From: Treponema sp.
GTDB taxonomy: Bacteria > Spirochaetota > Spirochaetia > Treponematales > Treponemataceae
Direction: 5' to 3'
Assembly (NCBI GenBank): GCA_012799545.1
Contig: JAAZLA010000059.1
Location: forward strand, 1-37,789
DNA: 37,789 nucleotides
Positions 1 to 8,920 of this stretch are shown piece after piece (position 1 is the first letter of the stretch; each line of letters opens with the position of its first letter). Position numbers and translations under genes: made by a program. A model generated the notes under the pieces. It was not told where the DNA came from, made no database searches, and worked only from the letters and a program-made list of their open reading frames with translations.

Positions 1-966
1 AACAATAATTATGCCCTTGTTGGTTTAGGTGATTGCGAGAGAAAACAAAATAAATTCAAAGAAGCTGTTTCCTACTATTCTCAGTGCCTCATCTCCCATC
101 CGGGAAATAATTATGCGCTTTTTGGACTCGCCGATAGTTATAAAGCTCTCAATAAATACAATAAAGCGATAGAAATTTGGGAACAATACTTGTTACACGA
201 CAATAGAAATATTACAGTTCTCACAAGAATAGCAGATGCCTACCGAAAAATACGTGATTTTAGAAAATCAAAAGAACTTTATTTAAGCGTTCTCGATATG
301 GAAGAAAAAAATGCCTATGCTCTCATCGGATTAGGTCATCTTCATTATGATTTTAAAGAATATAGAGATGCTCTTTATTATTGGACCAAAATATTGGAAC
401 AAAGCGAAGAACTCGTCGACATTCGCATATTGACATCTATAGGGAACTGCCACAGAAAGCTAAAAACCTTCGATAAAGGCATAGATTTTTTCAAAAAAGC
501 TCTTGAAATAGATCAAAACAATTTTTATGCTCTTTTTGGCTTAGCTGATTGTTATAGAGGAATGAATCAACAGCATAAATCCATTGTGTATTGGAATAAA
601 ATTTTAGAAATAGATCCAAACAATAAGGTTATTTTAACTCGTGCTGGAGATGCCTATCGCAACACTGGAGATTATGCGAGAGCAACAGAATACTATAACA
701 AGGCCTTAAATATCGAATTTGATGTTTTTGCTGTTCTTGGCTTGAGCTTAATCAGCAAGGGTGAAGGTCGCTATGAAGAAGCAATTGAAAGCCTCACTCG
801 CCTCCTGCAAGCAGATATGAAAAATTATCGACTCTACATAGATCTTGCAGACTGCTATATTAAACTCAACCAAAAAAACAAAGCGATTGAAATCTTACAA
901 AGTTTTTATAAAACAGGAATGCGAAGCCAAGCTATAAAAGAAATGCTTGACAGATTGCAGTCATAA
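1..966 (+). CDS. TPR-repeat protein, 5' end cut by window edge
   Basis: Frame 1 is open from base 1 (NNNYALVGLGDCERKQNKFKEAVSYYSQCL...) and runs into listed ORF 190..966, whose first codon is an internal TTG. A 34-aa TPR signature of the type N-x-YAL-x-GL-[GA]-D-[CS]-Y recurs at least four times. Stop at 964-966. Confidence 0.85.
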   Translation, partial: NNNYALVGLGDCERKQNKFKEAVSYYSQCLISHPGNNYALFGLADSYKALNKYNKAIEIWEQYLLHDNRNITVLTRIADAYRKIRDFRKSKELYLSVLDMEEKNAYALIGLGHLHYDFKEYRDALYYWTKILEQSEELVDIRILTSIGNCHRKLKTFDKGIDFFKKALEIDQNNFYALFGLADCYRGMNQQHKSIVYWNKILEIDPNNKVILTRAGDAYRNTGDYARATEYYNKALNIEFDVFAVLGLSLISKGEGRYEEAIESLTRLLQADMKNYRLYIDLADCYIKLNQKNKAIEILQSFYKTGMRSQAIKEMLDRLQS

Positions 967-981
967 AAAACACTCAGTATA

Positions 982-2004
982 ATGACAAAAAAAGCAATTT
1001 TAGGTCTAGAAGCTGCAGAAATTTCTGCACTTTTACCGGATGAAAAGCCTTTTCGCTCTAGACAAATTTATACATGGCTTTCTCAGGGTGTTCTTGATTT
1101 TTCCCAGATGACAAATATTCCCATTGATTTACGTGAAAAACTTGAAGCGCTTTTTTTTATTACAAGGTCCACAGTCCAACAAGAATTAAAAGACCCAGAC
1201 GGTACAATAAAATTGCAAATTGAGCTCTTTGATGGACATTGCATTGAAACAGTTTTGCTCATAGATGCAGATAAACGAAAAACAGCCTGTGTCTCTTGTC
1301 AAGTTGGTTGCGCTATGAAATGCGCTTTTTGCAAAACAGGAACACTTGGCTTTAAGCGAAATTTGGAAAGCTATGAAATAATAGAGCAATTTTTTTTCCT
1401 CGAAAAAATATGCGGGCGCTTAGATAATATTGTTTTTATGGGTATGGGCGAGCCTATGAAAAATCTTAGTGCGATTCGAAAAACAATTACGTTTTTAACC
1501 GAGCCAAAGGGCAGAAACCTTTCTCCGCGCAGAATAACCTTGTCAACTTCCGGGCTTGTTGATGGGATTTATGACCTTGCTGACAATGGACCAGATATTC
1601 GCCTTGCTATTTCATTAACAACTGCAAACCCAAAAACACGAGAAGCTATCATGCCTATAGCGAAAACAAACACGCTTGACGCACTCAAAGAAGCAACTCG
1701 CTATTTTATTGAAAAACGAAAGAAAAGAGTGAGTTTAGAAGTCGCTCTGATGAAAGATATAAACACAGGCTCCGAAGAGATAGCCCTACTTATCGATTTT
1801 GCGAAAAATCTTGATGTGCATATCAATCTAATTCCTTGGAACCCGATTGAAGAACTGCCTTTTTCTGAGCCTTCAAACAATGAAGTACAAAGGGTTTTGA
1901 AAACACTACAAAGCGCAGGAATTAATGCTACAATTCGTAAAAAAAGAGGCAGAAAAATAGGTGGTTCCTGTGGACAGCTAGGAAAACTACGTCTTGATAA
2001 ATAA
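982..2004 (+). CDS. rlmN: 23S rRNA/tRNA adenine-C2 methyltransferase RlmN (radical SAM)
   Basis: 340 aa. Radical-SAM motif CAMKCAFC (CxxxCxxC) inside CVSCQVGCAMKCAFCKTG, then GMGEP, then the C-terminal conserved Cys in GGSCGQLG. Length and motif order are typical of RlmN/Cfr family. Confidence 0.9.
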   Translation: MTKKAILGLEAAEISALLPDEKPFRSRQIYTWLSQGVLDFSQMTNIPIDLREKLEALFFITRSTVQQELKDPDGTIKLQIELFDGHCIETVLLIDADKRKTACVSCQVGCAMKCAFCKTGTLGFKRNLESYEIIEQFFFLEKICGRLDNIVFMGMGEPMKNLSAIRKTITFLTEPKGRNLSPRRITLSTSGLVDGIYDLADNGPDIRLAISLTTANPKTREAIMPIAKTNTLDALKEATRYFIEKRKKRVSLEVALMKDINTGSEEIALLIDFAKNLDVHINLIPWNPIEELPFSEPSNNEVQRVLKTLQSAGINATIRKKRGRKIGGSCGQLGKLRLDK

Positions 2005-2021
2005 AACAAAATGTGTATAAT
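1994..2021 (+). promoter_or_regulatory. sigma70-like promoter candidate (TTGATA-N16-TATAAT) for the HMA-like gene
   Basis: TTGATA at 1994-1999, a 16-nt spacer, TATAAT at 2016-2021. It overlaps the rlmN stop. AGAGG RBS at 2031-2035 and ATG at 2044. Confidence 0.4.
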
Positions 2022-2043
2022 TAAACACTAAGAGGTCGTGATT

Positions 2044-2253
2044 ATGGAAAAAAAGATATATGTTGCCGGAATGACTGGAGACGAATGTGAGGCAAAAGTA
2101 AATACTGCGGTAAGTGCTATTTCTGGTGTACAATCTTGCGTTTCTAACGCTATGAAAGCACAGATTTTAGTAAACTTTGATGAAAGTGTAGCTGGAATCG
2201 AAGAAGCTATAACCACAGCCATTGCTGGATGTGGTTACGATGTATTAAACTAA
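2044..2253 (+). CDS. Heavy-metal-associated (HMA/CopZ-like) fold protein with degenerate metal motif
   Basis: About 69 aa with the beta-alpha-beta-beta-alpha-beta HMA pattern: KIYVAGMTGDECEAKVNTAVSAISGV ... ILVNFDES ... IEEAITTAIAGCGYDV. The ATG at 2044 has an AGAGG RBS 8 nt upstream, so it is preferred over the listed GTG at 2038. Confidence 0.6.
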   Translation: MEKKIYVAGMTGDECEAKVNTAVSAISGVQSCVSNAMKAQILVNFDESVAGIEEAITTAIAGCGYDVLN

Positions 2254-2260
2254 ATTCTTT

Positions 2261-2776
2261 TTATACGTTCTTACAGCTCGTCAAGCCACCCTCTTGTAAA
2301 AGTTTTTTATAAAACTCTTCCAAATTGAATGTATAACTTTTCGATAAGCTACCAGAAATCAACTTTATTTTTGATGTTCCATCTTCAGAAAGTAAAACAA
2401 GACAGTCTGTGTCTTTTTCAGAAAATGTTTTAAACATATCTTCTATTGTTTTTTTATCGAGATCGACCACTACAATGTTTTCATTTTTTAAGATTTTTTT
2501 AAACTCACTACCGATTGTAGAAACGACGATAGTAAGAATTCCTGCGGCTTTTAAAGCCTTTGCAGCGGATTCTTGGTTTTCCCCAATCCCAAAATTGTCT
2601 CTTGAAACAATCACTTTTTTACCAGGCACATCTCTTTTAGGCTCAAAACCAGTTAAGTCTAAATTATCGAATATTTTTACTTCTTTTTCTGTTTTTCCCT
2701 CTGGTATAGAAAAGATTTCCTCAGTAGTAATATTTGTCTTGTCCAAAAATAAGGTACTACCACCACATTGTTTCAT
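2261..2776 (-). CDS. LeuD-like (aconitase swivel-domain, isopropylmalate-isomerase small-subunit family) protein
   Basis: NFGIGENQESAAKALKAAGILTIVVSTIGSEFKKILKNEN aligns by eye to the LeuD signature NFGCGSSREHA..AL...G...VIA.SF..IF..N. About 171 aa, the size of type-2 LeuD. The ATG at 2776 has a GAGG RBS 7 nt upstream; the listed 2824 start adds an implausible leader. Confidence 0.55.
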   Translation of the reverse strand: MKQCGGSTLFLDKTNITTEEIFSIPEGKTEKEVKIFDNLDLTGFEPKRDVPGKKVIVSRDNFGIGENQESAAKALKAAGILTIVVSTIGSEFKKILKNENIVVVDLDKKTIEDMFKTFSEKDTDCLVLLSEDGTSKIKLISGSLSKSYTFNLEEFYKKLLQEGGLTSCKNV

Positions 2777-2852
2777 ATAAGAACCTCGCTTTATAGTTTT
2801 TTTTAAGTATATCACACTATACATCTTATAACTAGATAGAAAAAAGGAAATA

Positions 2853-3677
2853 TTATCCTAAAACATAGACATCGTCTTCTTTGAGCACAAGCCCTTCACT
2901 ACATAATTTTTCTGCAGCATCGTATAAAAGCTGGTATTCAATCTTATGTTTTTCTTGTAATTGCCTTAAATCAAGACTTTCGGCTGCCTCTTGTGTAAGC
3001 TCTTTTAGGATAATTCCGCGAACTTCACGAAAAGAGCCCTTAAAGGGAGCTTGTTTTGTGTGATGTGCACTTTTTCTACTGGGGTTTTTTATTTTTTTCT
3101 TTAGAGTAGCGCCATAGTCCATTAAGGCATAGTACCAGATTTTTGGATTTTCTTTGTAGAGGGTTGTTTCAATTAAGGGAAAAAGTTCACTATCTTTTAC
3201 TAAGGATTTTTCCTTAAAAAAATAAAAAATATAGACAGATCGTATATTTGTTTCAATAAAAACTTCGGGACTTTTTTTTGAAAAACAAAGAACCGCACGG
3301 GCGGTATAGGGACCAATTCCAGGAAGCTTTTCTAGTTCCGCAGCAGAATGCGGAAAAATTCCATTCTTTTCAAAGTGAATAATGCGAGCTGTTTCCCATA
3401 AAAACTTTGCTCTTCGATTATAGCCTAAACCTGACCAAGCGATTAAAACATCCGCAAGAGGGGCTTGGGCGAGGTTTTCCAATCGAGGGAATTTTTCCAG
3501 CCATTCGAGATACTTTGGGAGCACCCTGGAAACTTGGGTTTGTTGCAACATAAACTCTGAAACTAAGATTTCATAGGGGTCAAAGCTTTCTCTCCAAGGC
3601 ATCGATCGATTATGTTCATAGTAATGCTCCAATATACTCGTTTGAAAAGCTTTTATTTCATCTGGGGAAAGAGTCAT
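2853..3677 (-). CDS. HhH-GPD base-excision glycosylase, MutY-like N-terminus, no Fe-S cluster loop
   Basis: LVSEFMLQQTQVSRVLPKY matches the MutY catalytic-Glu motif. LPGIGPYTARAVL is the helix-hairpin-helix. WYYALMDYGA matches the MutY/Nth ALMDLGA region. 274 aa, with no Cys-x6-Cys-x2-Cys-x5-Cys motif. Confidence 0.7.
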   Translation of the reverse strand: MTLSPDEIKAFQTSILEHYYEHNRSMPWRESFDPYEILVSEFMLQQTQVSRVLPKYLEWLEKFPRLENLAQAPLADVLIAWSGLGYNRRAKFLWETARIIHFEKNGIFPHSAAELEKLPGIGPYTARAVLCFSKKSPEVFIETNIRSVYIFYFFKEKSLVKDSELFPLIETTLYKENPKIWYYALMDYGATLKKKIKNPSRKSAHHTKQAPFKGSFREVRGIILKELTQEAAESLDLRQLQEKHKIEYQLLYDAAEKLCSEGLVLKEDDVYVLG

Positions 3678-3680
3678 AGC

Positions 3681-4259
3681 TTAGTTTTTTGAATTTTTTA
3701 TCGGTGTACAATCGATAAGAGAGCGTTTTTCTAGTTCATTTAAAATTTCTAAAAGAATTTCTTCTGGACTTTTTTTGCTTACGTCGATTATTAAGTCAGC
3801 AAAGGAAAAATCGTCATTATCGATAGAATATAAGCGCTTGTAGCGTTCTCTGTCTTCTGAATCACGCATTCGAGTAAAATCTATAATGTCTTGAAGAGAG
3901 CCACCTTCGCGTTCTTGGATACGTTTTGCCCGTACTTCTTCATCAGCTACGAGATAGACTTTGAGATCTGCACTCGACAGCATCCAAATAGCTAAACGCG
4001 AACCTAAGACACAGGATTCTTTTTTTGCAAGCTCAACCTGCCTTCTATCAACTAGTAAATCATAGCTATCATCTGTTTTTGCATTCTCGATGATTTGATT
4101 TAAACTCAAACCGTTTTCTTCAGAAAGCGAGCGAAAAGTATAATTTATAAGCCGTATATGCAAGGTTTTCGCCAGCAAGCCACTGATTGTTGTATTTCCA
4201 CAACCGCTTTTACCTGAGATTGCAACACGTAATTCTTGTCCTGTCTTAATGCAATACAT
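3681..4259 (-). CDS. cmk: Cytidylate kinase family-2 (short, archaeal-type) P-loop kinase
   Basis: P-loop AISGKSGCGNTT near the N-terminus and 192 aa. The later layout (GSRLAIWML ... VYLVADEEVRAKRI ... RDSEDRERYKRLY) is typical of short cytidylate kinases. The stop lies 3 nt before the next gene's ATG. Confidence 0.6.
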   Translation of the reverse strand: MYCIKTGQELRVAISGKSGCGNTTISGLLAKTLHIRLINYTFRSLSEENGLSLNQIIENAKTDDSYDLLVDRRQVELAKKESCVLGSRLAIWMLSSADLKVYLVADEEVRAKRIQEREGGSLQDIIDFTRMRDSEDRERYKRLYSIDNDDFSFADLIIDVSKKSPEEILLEILNELEKRSLIDCTPIKNSKN

Positions 4260-4296
4260 ACTGTGATACTACCATATATAAAAAGATATTTCTAGA

Positions 4297-7200
4297 TTAC
4301 AATAAGGTTTCAAGTTTTTCCCGTATAAATGCAGATTTTTCTTTTAGACCGATTTTTCCTGTTGCAAGTTGTAGAATATTTGCCTTGTTTGGATCGAGCT
4401 TAATTCTTCCCGATGAGGTTTGAATTAAATAAAGTACTTTTTGAACATCGATTTTTGCTATCTTTGCAAATTCAATATATAAAACCCCCATTCTTTCTTT
4501 TAACGAAGCAATTGAAAGTTTTTTGCAGATAATACGTATTTCTGCTATAGCAAGCAAACTAAATACTTCATCAGGGATAGGACCAAAACGGTCTTCGAGT
4601 TCCATATAAAAGCCTTCTATTTCTTCTTGACTGCCTATAGAAGCAATTTTTTTATACAATTCCATCTTTGTAACGGGATTTTCTATATAGGTCTCTGGTA
4701 TAAAACCGCTATAATCAAGCTCCAAAAGAACGTCTCCACTTTCTTCATAGTTTTCGTCCATAAGTTTGTTGACCGCTTCTTCTAAAAGCCGCACATACAA
4801 GTCAAAGCCAACCGAATACACATCACCCGATTGATCCTTTCCAAGCAAATTACCTGCTCCGCGAATTTCCATGTCCTTCATCGCAATTTTAAAACCCGAG
4901 CCTAGTTCCGTAAAATCCGAGATAACTTGCAAGCGTTTCATAGCTATTTCAGACAAAGACTTTCCTTCAGGATACAATAAATACGCATAGGCCTTTCGAT
5001 CGCTTCGGCCTACCCGTCCACGTAATTGATACAACTGGGAAACGCCATACATATCTGCTCTGTCTATAATAATCGTATTTACATTCGGTATATCTATGCC
5101 ATTTTCGATTATTGTCGTGGCTAAAAGCACATGAAAACCACCCATTTTAAAACGTCTAAAAATATCTTCCAGCTCTTTGGGAGACATTTGTCCATGTGCA
5201 TAATCGATCATCATCTCTGGCAGAATTTTTTCTAACTTATACTTTACCTCTTCTAAGCTTTCAACACGATTGTGCAAATAAAAAACCTGCCCCCCACGCT
5301 CAACTTCTTGGCGAATCGCCTGAGCAACACGTTCGTCACTATAGGGATCGATAATCGTTTCGATTGCCTGCCTATTTTGCGGAGCTGTTTCTAAAAGACT
5401 CATGTCGCGAATTTTTAGCAAACTCATGTGAAGTGTTCGCGGTATGGGAGTTGCCGTCATAGCAAGAGAGTCGATATTTGCCTTCATTTCCTTGAGTCTT
5501 TCTTTATCCTTTACCCCAAAACGTTGCTCTTCATCGATTATCATTAAACCAAGATCTTTAAAAACAATATCTTTTTGAATTATTCGATGAGTACCAATAA
5601 GAATATCTATTTCACCCAAGGCTAATCTCTCTATAATCTTTTTTTGCTCAGCCTTTGTAACAAAGCGAGACATATGGGCTATTTTCACGGGAAATTTTTC
5701 AAATCGCTCCAGAAGCGTTTCATAGTGTTGCTCAGCGAGTATTGTTGTCGGCGCCAAAAAAGCAACTTGTTTTCCTCCCATAACCGCTTTAAAAGAAGCA
5801 CGCATAGCCATTTCGGTTTTTCCATAACCTACATCGCCACAAACAAGCCTGTCCATGGGCGTCGCTTTTTCCATATCCTCTTTTATTTCTTTTGCAACTT
5901 TTATTTGGTCATCTGTTTCAACATAGGGAAAGGCTGCTTCAAAAGCAAGTTGCCACTCACCATCTTTTGGAAACGGAAACCCGCGAGAAGCTTGACGCTT
6001 CGAGTACAGACCAATTAAATGCTCAGCGATATCTTCTACAGATTTTTTCACCCGGTTTTTACGGTTTTCCCAACTTTTTGAACCAAGCGTATCGAGATTT
6101 GGTTTATTTCCCTCATTTCCTATGTAACGCTGTACAAGATTCACCTGCTCTATGGGTATAAAAAGCACTTCTTCACCAGCATATAAGAGGCGTATATAAT
6201 CTCTTTCATTTCCCAAGGATTTTATACGCTCAATGCCTTCAAACAAGCCAATGCCATAATTTACATGCACAACATAGTCTCCGGGATTTAGCTCAACAAA
6301 GCTTTCTATGACTTGCGATTTTACATGCTTTATAGAACGAGCTCTTTGTTTTCTTCTTCCAAATATTTCGCTTTCTTTTAAAACCAGAACTTTTATATCG
6401 GGCATAGAAAAGCCAGATGAAATCGGCTCAGGAATAATATACAGCTCGTCAGAAAAATCTTTTAGCAATTCATTTATGCGAAGGGCTTGATTTTCACTTT
6501 CCGCAAAAATAAAAATCTGCCAGTCATCGGCTAAGAGAGATTCTAAACTTTCCTTTAGATAATTAATATTTCCAAAAAAACTTTTAGATGGCTCAGAAAT
6601 AATTTGGATTTTTTCTTTTTCAAATAAAGATGGACCTTGTAAGCTTCGAAAGAGAATCTTTTTATGAAAAGAATGGAAGATATCTTCAAAAGGAAGTTTT
6701 AGTACAGATGGCGGGAGAGGAGGAAGTTTTCCTTCAGCGTTGAAGTATTGTAAGGCTCTTTTATACAAGCCCGAAAATTCATTTTCTATCCCCTCCAAGG
6801 CATTTAGCATTCTGTCATAATCAAGATAAAAAACAGTCGCATCTGGCGAAAAATAATCTAAAACGCTTGTTTTTTCATCAAAAACCAAGGGATAGAAAAA
6901 TTCTTCTCCCTCAACTTCTCCACGCTCAGAAAGCGCCTGAATAAACGCATCTATTTTTTCAGCAATATTTTTTTGTAAAAGTTTTTTTTCTCCTTCTTCT
7001 TTATATACATCTAAAATAAAGGCAGATTTATTTTTTTCAAAATAGTCTGAAAGTTTTGCAATTTTTTTCTCATCCCACAAAACTTCTTTCATCGGATAGA
7101 GCAAAAGCGCATCTAAATCAGCAATTGTTGCCTGGGATTCAACATCAAAAGATTTTATTTTTGTAATAGTATCGAAATCAAAGACAATCCTATGCGCATA

Positions 7201-7926
7201 GTCTTCTTGTGGCATAAAAATATCGAGCACTTCTCCGCGAATCGCAATTTCGCCCTTTACACTTACCCGAGGAACTCGAGTGTAGCCAGAACGTATAAAA
7301 TGCTCAGCAATATTCAAGGGGTCTATTTTTTGCTCAAGCTGCAGATCAAGACAAAGCGATAAAATAGAATCTTTTGGAGGAACAGGAATAAGCAAGCTTC
7401 GCTGCGGAATAATAAATATCCGTGTCTGTATTTTACTGATATCTGCAAGATTTTTTTGCGAAGGATCAGCAATTTTTGCAAGAACGCCTATTCTTTGCCC
7501 AAAAACAATAGAACCTGGTGCAACAGGGCGATACGGCACTGTCCCCCACCAGGGCATAATATAGACGGCAGGACTTAATTCCTTTTTGCTATCATTAAAG
7601 ATCGTTTTTATATCATAATAGAGGTCTTGTGCTTCATTTTCTGTTGCGACAATCAAAGCTATATCACGGATTCCAGAAGAAAGCATCTCATCCGCTTTTG
7701 TGTAACGACCGAGCTGACTGTATTTTATTGATTGCAGAAGATTTTCTAAATTTTTCTTTGCATAGGCTGATACAAAAAAACTCGGTAGAGAGCCTTGCAA
7801 GCCTTCAATTTCGCAGGGAAATGCGTTAGACTCTAGAGGTAGAGAAAAAAGCGAAAGAGCCTCTTGAAAGCTTTTTGATTTAGATAATACAGCATTTATT
7901 GTACTTGTTTGTAAGGTATTCATCAT
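4297..7926 (-). CDS. mfd: Transcription-repair coupling factor Mfd
   Basis: 1209 aa. SF2 helicase motifs GDVGYGKTEMAMRA (Walker A), IIDEEQRFG (DEEQ box), MTATPIPRTL and QLRGRVGRS. The CarD-like segment GDYVVHVNYGIGLFEG precedes them. Domain order is diagnostic of Mfd. Confidence 0.95.
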   Translation of the reverse strand: MMNTLQTSTINAVLSKSKSFQEALSLFSLPLESNAFPCEIEGLQGSLPSFFVSAYAKKNLENLLQSIKYSQLGRYTKADEMLSSGIRDIALIVATENEAQDLYYDIKTIFNDSKKELSPAVYIMPWWGTVPYRPVAPGSIVFGQRIGVLAKIADPSQKNLADISKIQTRIFIIPQRSLLIPVPPKDSILSLCLDLQLEQKIDPLNIAEHFIRSGYTRVPRVSVKGEIAIRGEVLDIFMPQEDYAHRIVFDFDTITKIKSFDVESQATIADLDALLLYPMKEVLWDEKKIAKLSDYFEKNKSAFILDVYKEEGEKKLLQKNIAEKIDAFIQALSERGEVEGEEFFYPLVFDEKTSVLDYFSPDATVFYLDYDRMLNALEGIENEFSGLYKRALQYFNAEGKLPPLPPSVLKLPFEDIFHSFHKKILFRSLQGPSLFEKEKIQIISEPSKSFFGNINYLKESLESLLADDWQIFIFAESENQALRINELLKDFSDELYIIPEPISSGFSMPDIKVLVLKESEIFGRRKQRARSIKHVKSQVIESFVELNPGDYVVHVNYGIGLFEGIERIKSLGNERDYIRLLYAGEEVLFIPIEQVNLVQRYIGNEGNKPNLDTLGSKSWENRKNRVKKSVEDIAEHLIGLYSKRQASRGFPFPKDGEWQLAFEAAFPYVETDDQIKVAKEIKEDMEKATPMDRLVCGDVGYGKTEMAMRASFKAVMGGKQVAFLAPTTILAEQHYETLLERFEKFPVKIAHMSRFVTKAEQKKIIERLALGEIDILIGTHRIIQKDIVFKDLGLMIIDEEQRFGVKDKERLKEMKANIDSLAMTATPIPRTLHMSLLKIRDMSLLETAPQNRQAIETIIDPYSDERVAQAIRQEVERGGQVFYLHNRVESLEEVKYKLEKILPEMMIDYAHGQMSPKELEDIFRRFKMGGFHVLLATTIIENGIDIPNVNTIIIDRADMYGVSQLYQLRGRVGRSDRKAYAYLLYPEGKSLSEIAMKRLQVISDFTELGSGFKIAMKDMEIRGAGNLLGKDQSGDVYSVGFDLYVRLLEEAVNKLMDENYEESGDVLLELDYSGFIPETYIENPVTKMELYKKIASIGSQEEIEGFYMELEDRFGPIPDEVFSLLAIAEIRIICKKLSIASLKERMGVLYIEFAKIAKIDVQKVLYLIQTSSGRIKLDPNKANILQLATGKIGLKEKSAFIREKLETLL

Positions 7927-7960
7927 AATTGTCCGATACTAAGGTTATGGAGAACCGATT

Positions 7961-8920
7961 GTGAAACGATTTCTATTTTTTAGTATAACTTTTTTATTAC
8001 TTTTTGCACAGAGCATAGGGGCAAATGATTTTTCGAAGGCCGAAATTTCTATATCCTTTTATAAAAAGTCTGTATATTATACCGGAAATGCGGTAGATAA
8101 TCCAATCAATATATATATTACTATTGAAAATAAAGGACCTGAAACACTTCGATTTAAACTTGCCGATGACCGAGCTTTTAGCCTCGATTTTAACGCACGT
8201 ACAGTAAAAAACGAGCCACTCAAGCAAACTGAAGATATTATACGAAAAAGAACAACGAATCAAACTGTTTATTTTCGAGAAATTGCCATTGAAAGTGGCG
8301 AAGCCTACTCTTTTGTTGAAAACCTTAAAGACTATGTAGAAATAGAGAGCCCCTCAGTGTACTATATCGACCTCGTTTTTTTTCCAGAACTGTATAAAAC
8401 AAAAACAATAAGCTTACATTCCAATCGACTGAGCTTAGACGTAAAACCGCTTCCTCAAGCTTCTGCTTCCTCGAGTCTCGCAACAGCCATCGTCAGCGCA
8501 GAAGTTTTAAAACGTCAAGCTATTTCTCCAGACAAGGTAGTCGAACAAACAATAATTGCACGTCAAAAAGGACTTTGGGATCAATTTTTCTTGTACATCG
8601 ATATCGAAGCCTTTGTCACAAAAGATAAGCAACGCAAGGTAAAATATACCTCATTATCGGACATAGAGCGAATAAAAATGCTCGAAAACTATAAACTTGA
8701 TTTAATGCAAGAACGCATTGATAATATTATCGTTGCTATACCCGAACGCTTTGCCATAGAAAAAACAATGTACTCACAATCTGAAGGGAGCGTTTCGGTA
8801 ATTCAGTGGTTTAACTACAATACCTTTAAAGAAAAAAAACGTTACACCTACTATGTGCGGCAAAGAGACAGTATTTGGTCTATTTATGATTATACAGTGG
8901 AGAATTTGGGAACAGAATGA
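7961..8920 (+). CDS. Secreted protein of unknown function
   Basis: GTG start with a GGAG RBS 8 nt upstream. Signal peptide MKRFLFFSITFLLLFAQSIGA. The N-terminal half is beta-rich, followed by a Ser/Ala linker (QASASSSLATA) and a C-terminal domain of about 130 aa. No family recognised. Confidence 0.6.
   Translation: MKRFLFFSITFLLLFAQSIGANDFSKAEISISFYKKSVYYTGNAVDNPINIYITIENKGPETLRFKLADDRAFSLDFNARTVKNEPLKQTEDIIRKRTTNQTVYFREIAIESGEAYSFVENLKDYVEIESPSVYYIDLVFFPELYKTKTISLHSNRLSLDVKPLPQASASSSLATAIVSAEVLKRQAISPDKVVEQTIIARQKGLWDQFFLYIDIEAFVTKDKQRKVKYTSLSDIERIKMLENYKLDLMQERIDNIIVAIPERFAIEKTMYSQSEGSVSVIQWFNYNTFKEKKRYTYYVRQRDSIWSIYDYTVENLGTE

Noticed and set aside
7959-7976. TTGTGAA half-site of a Rex operator overlapping the GTG start of the 7961 gene (TTGTGAAACGATTTCTAT).
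   Set aside because: The second half-site matches only 3 of 7 positions of TTCACAA, so this is a single half-site with no dyad.
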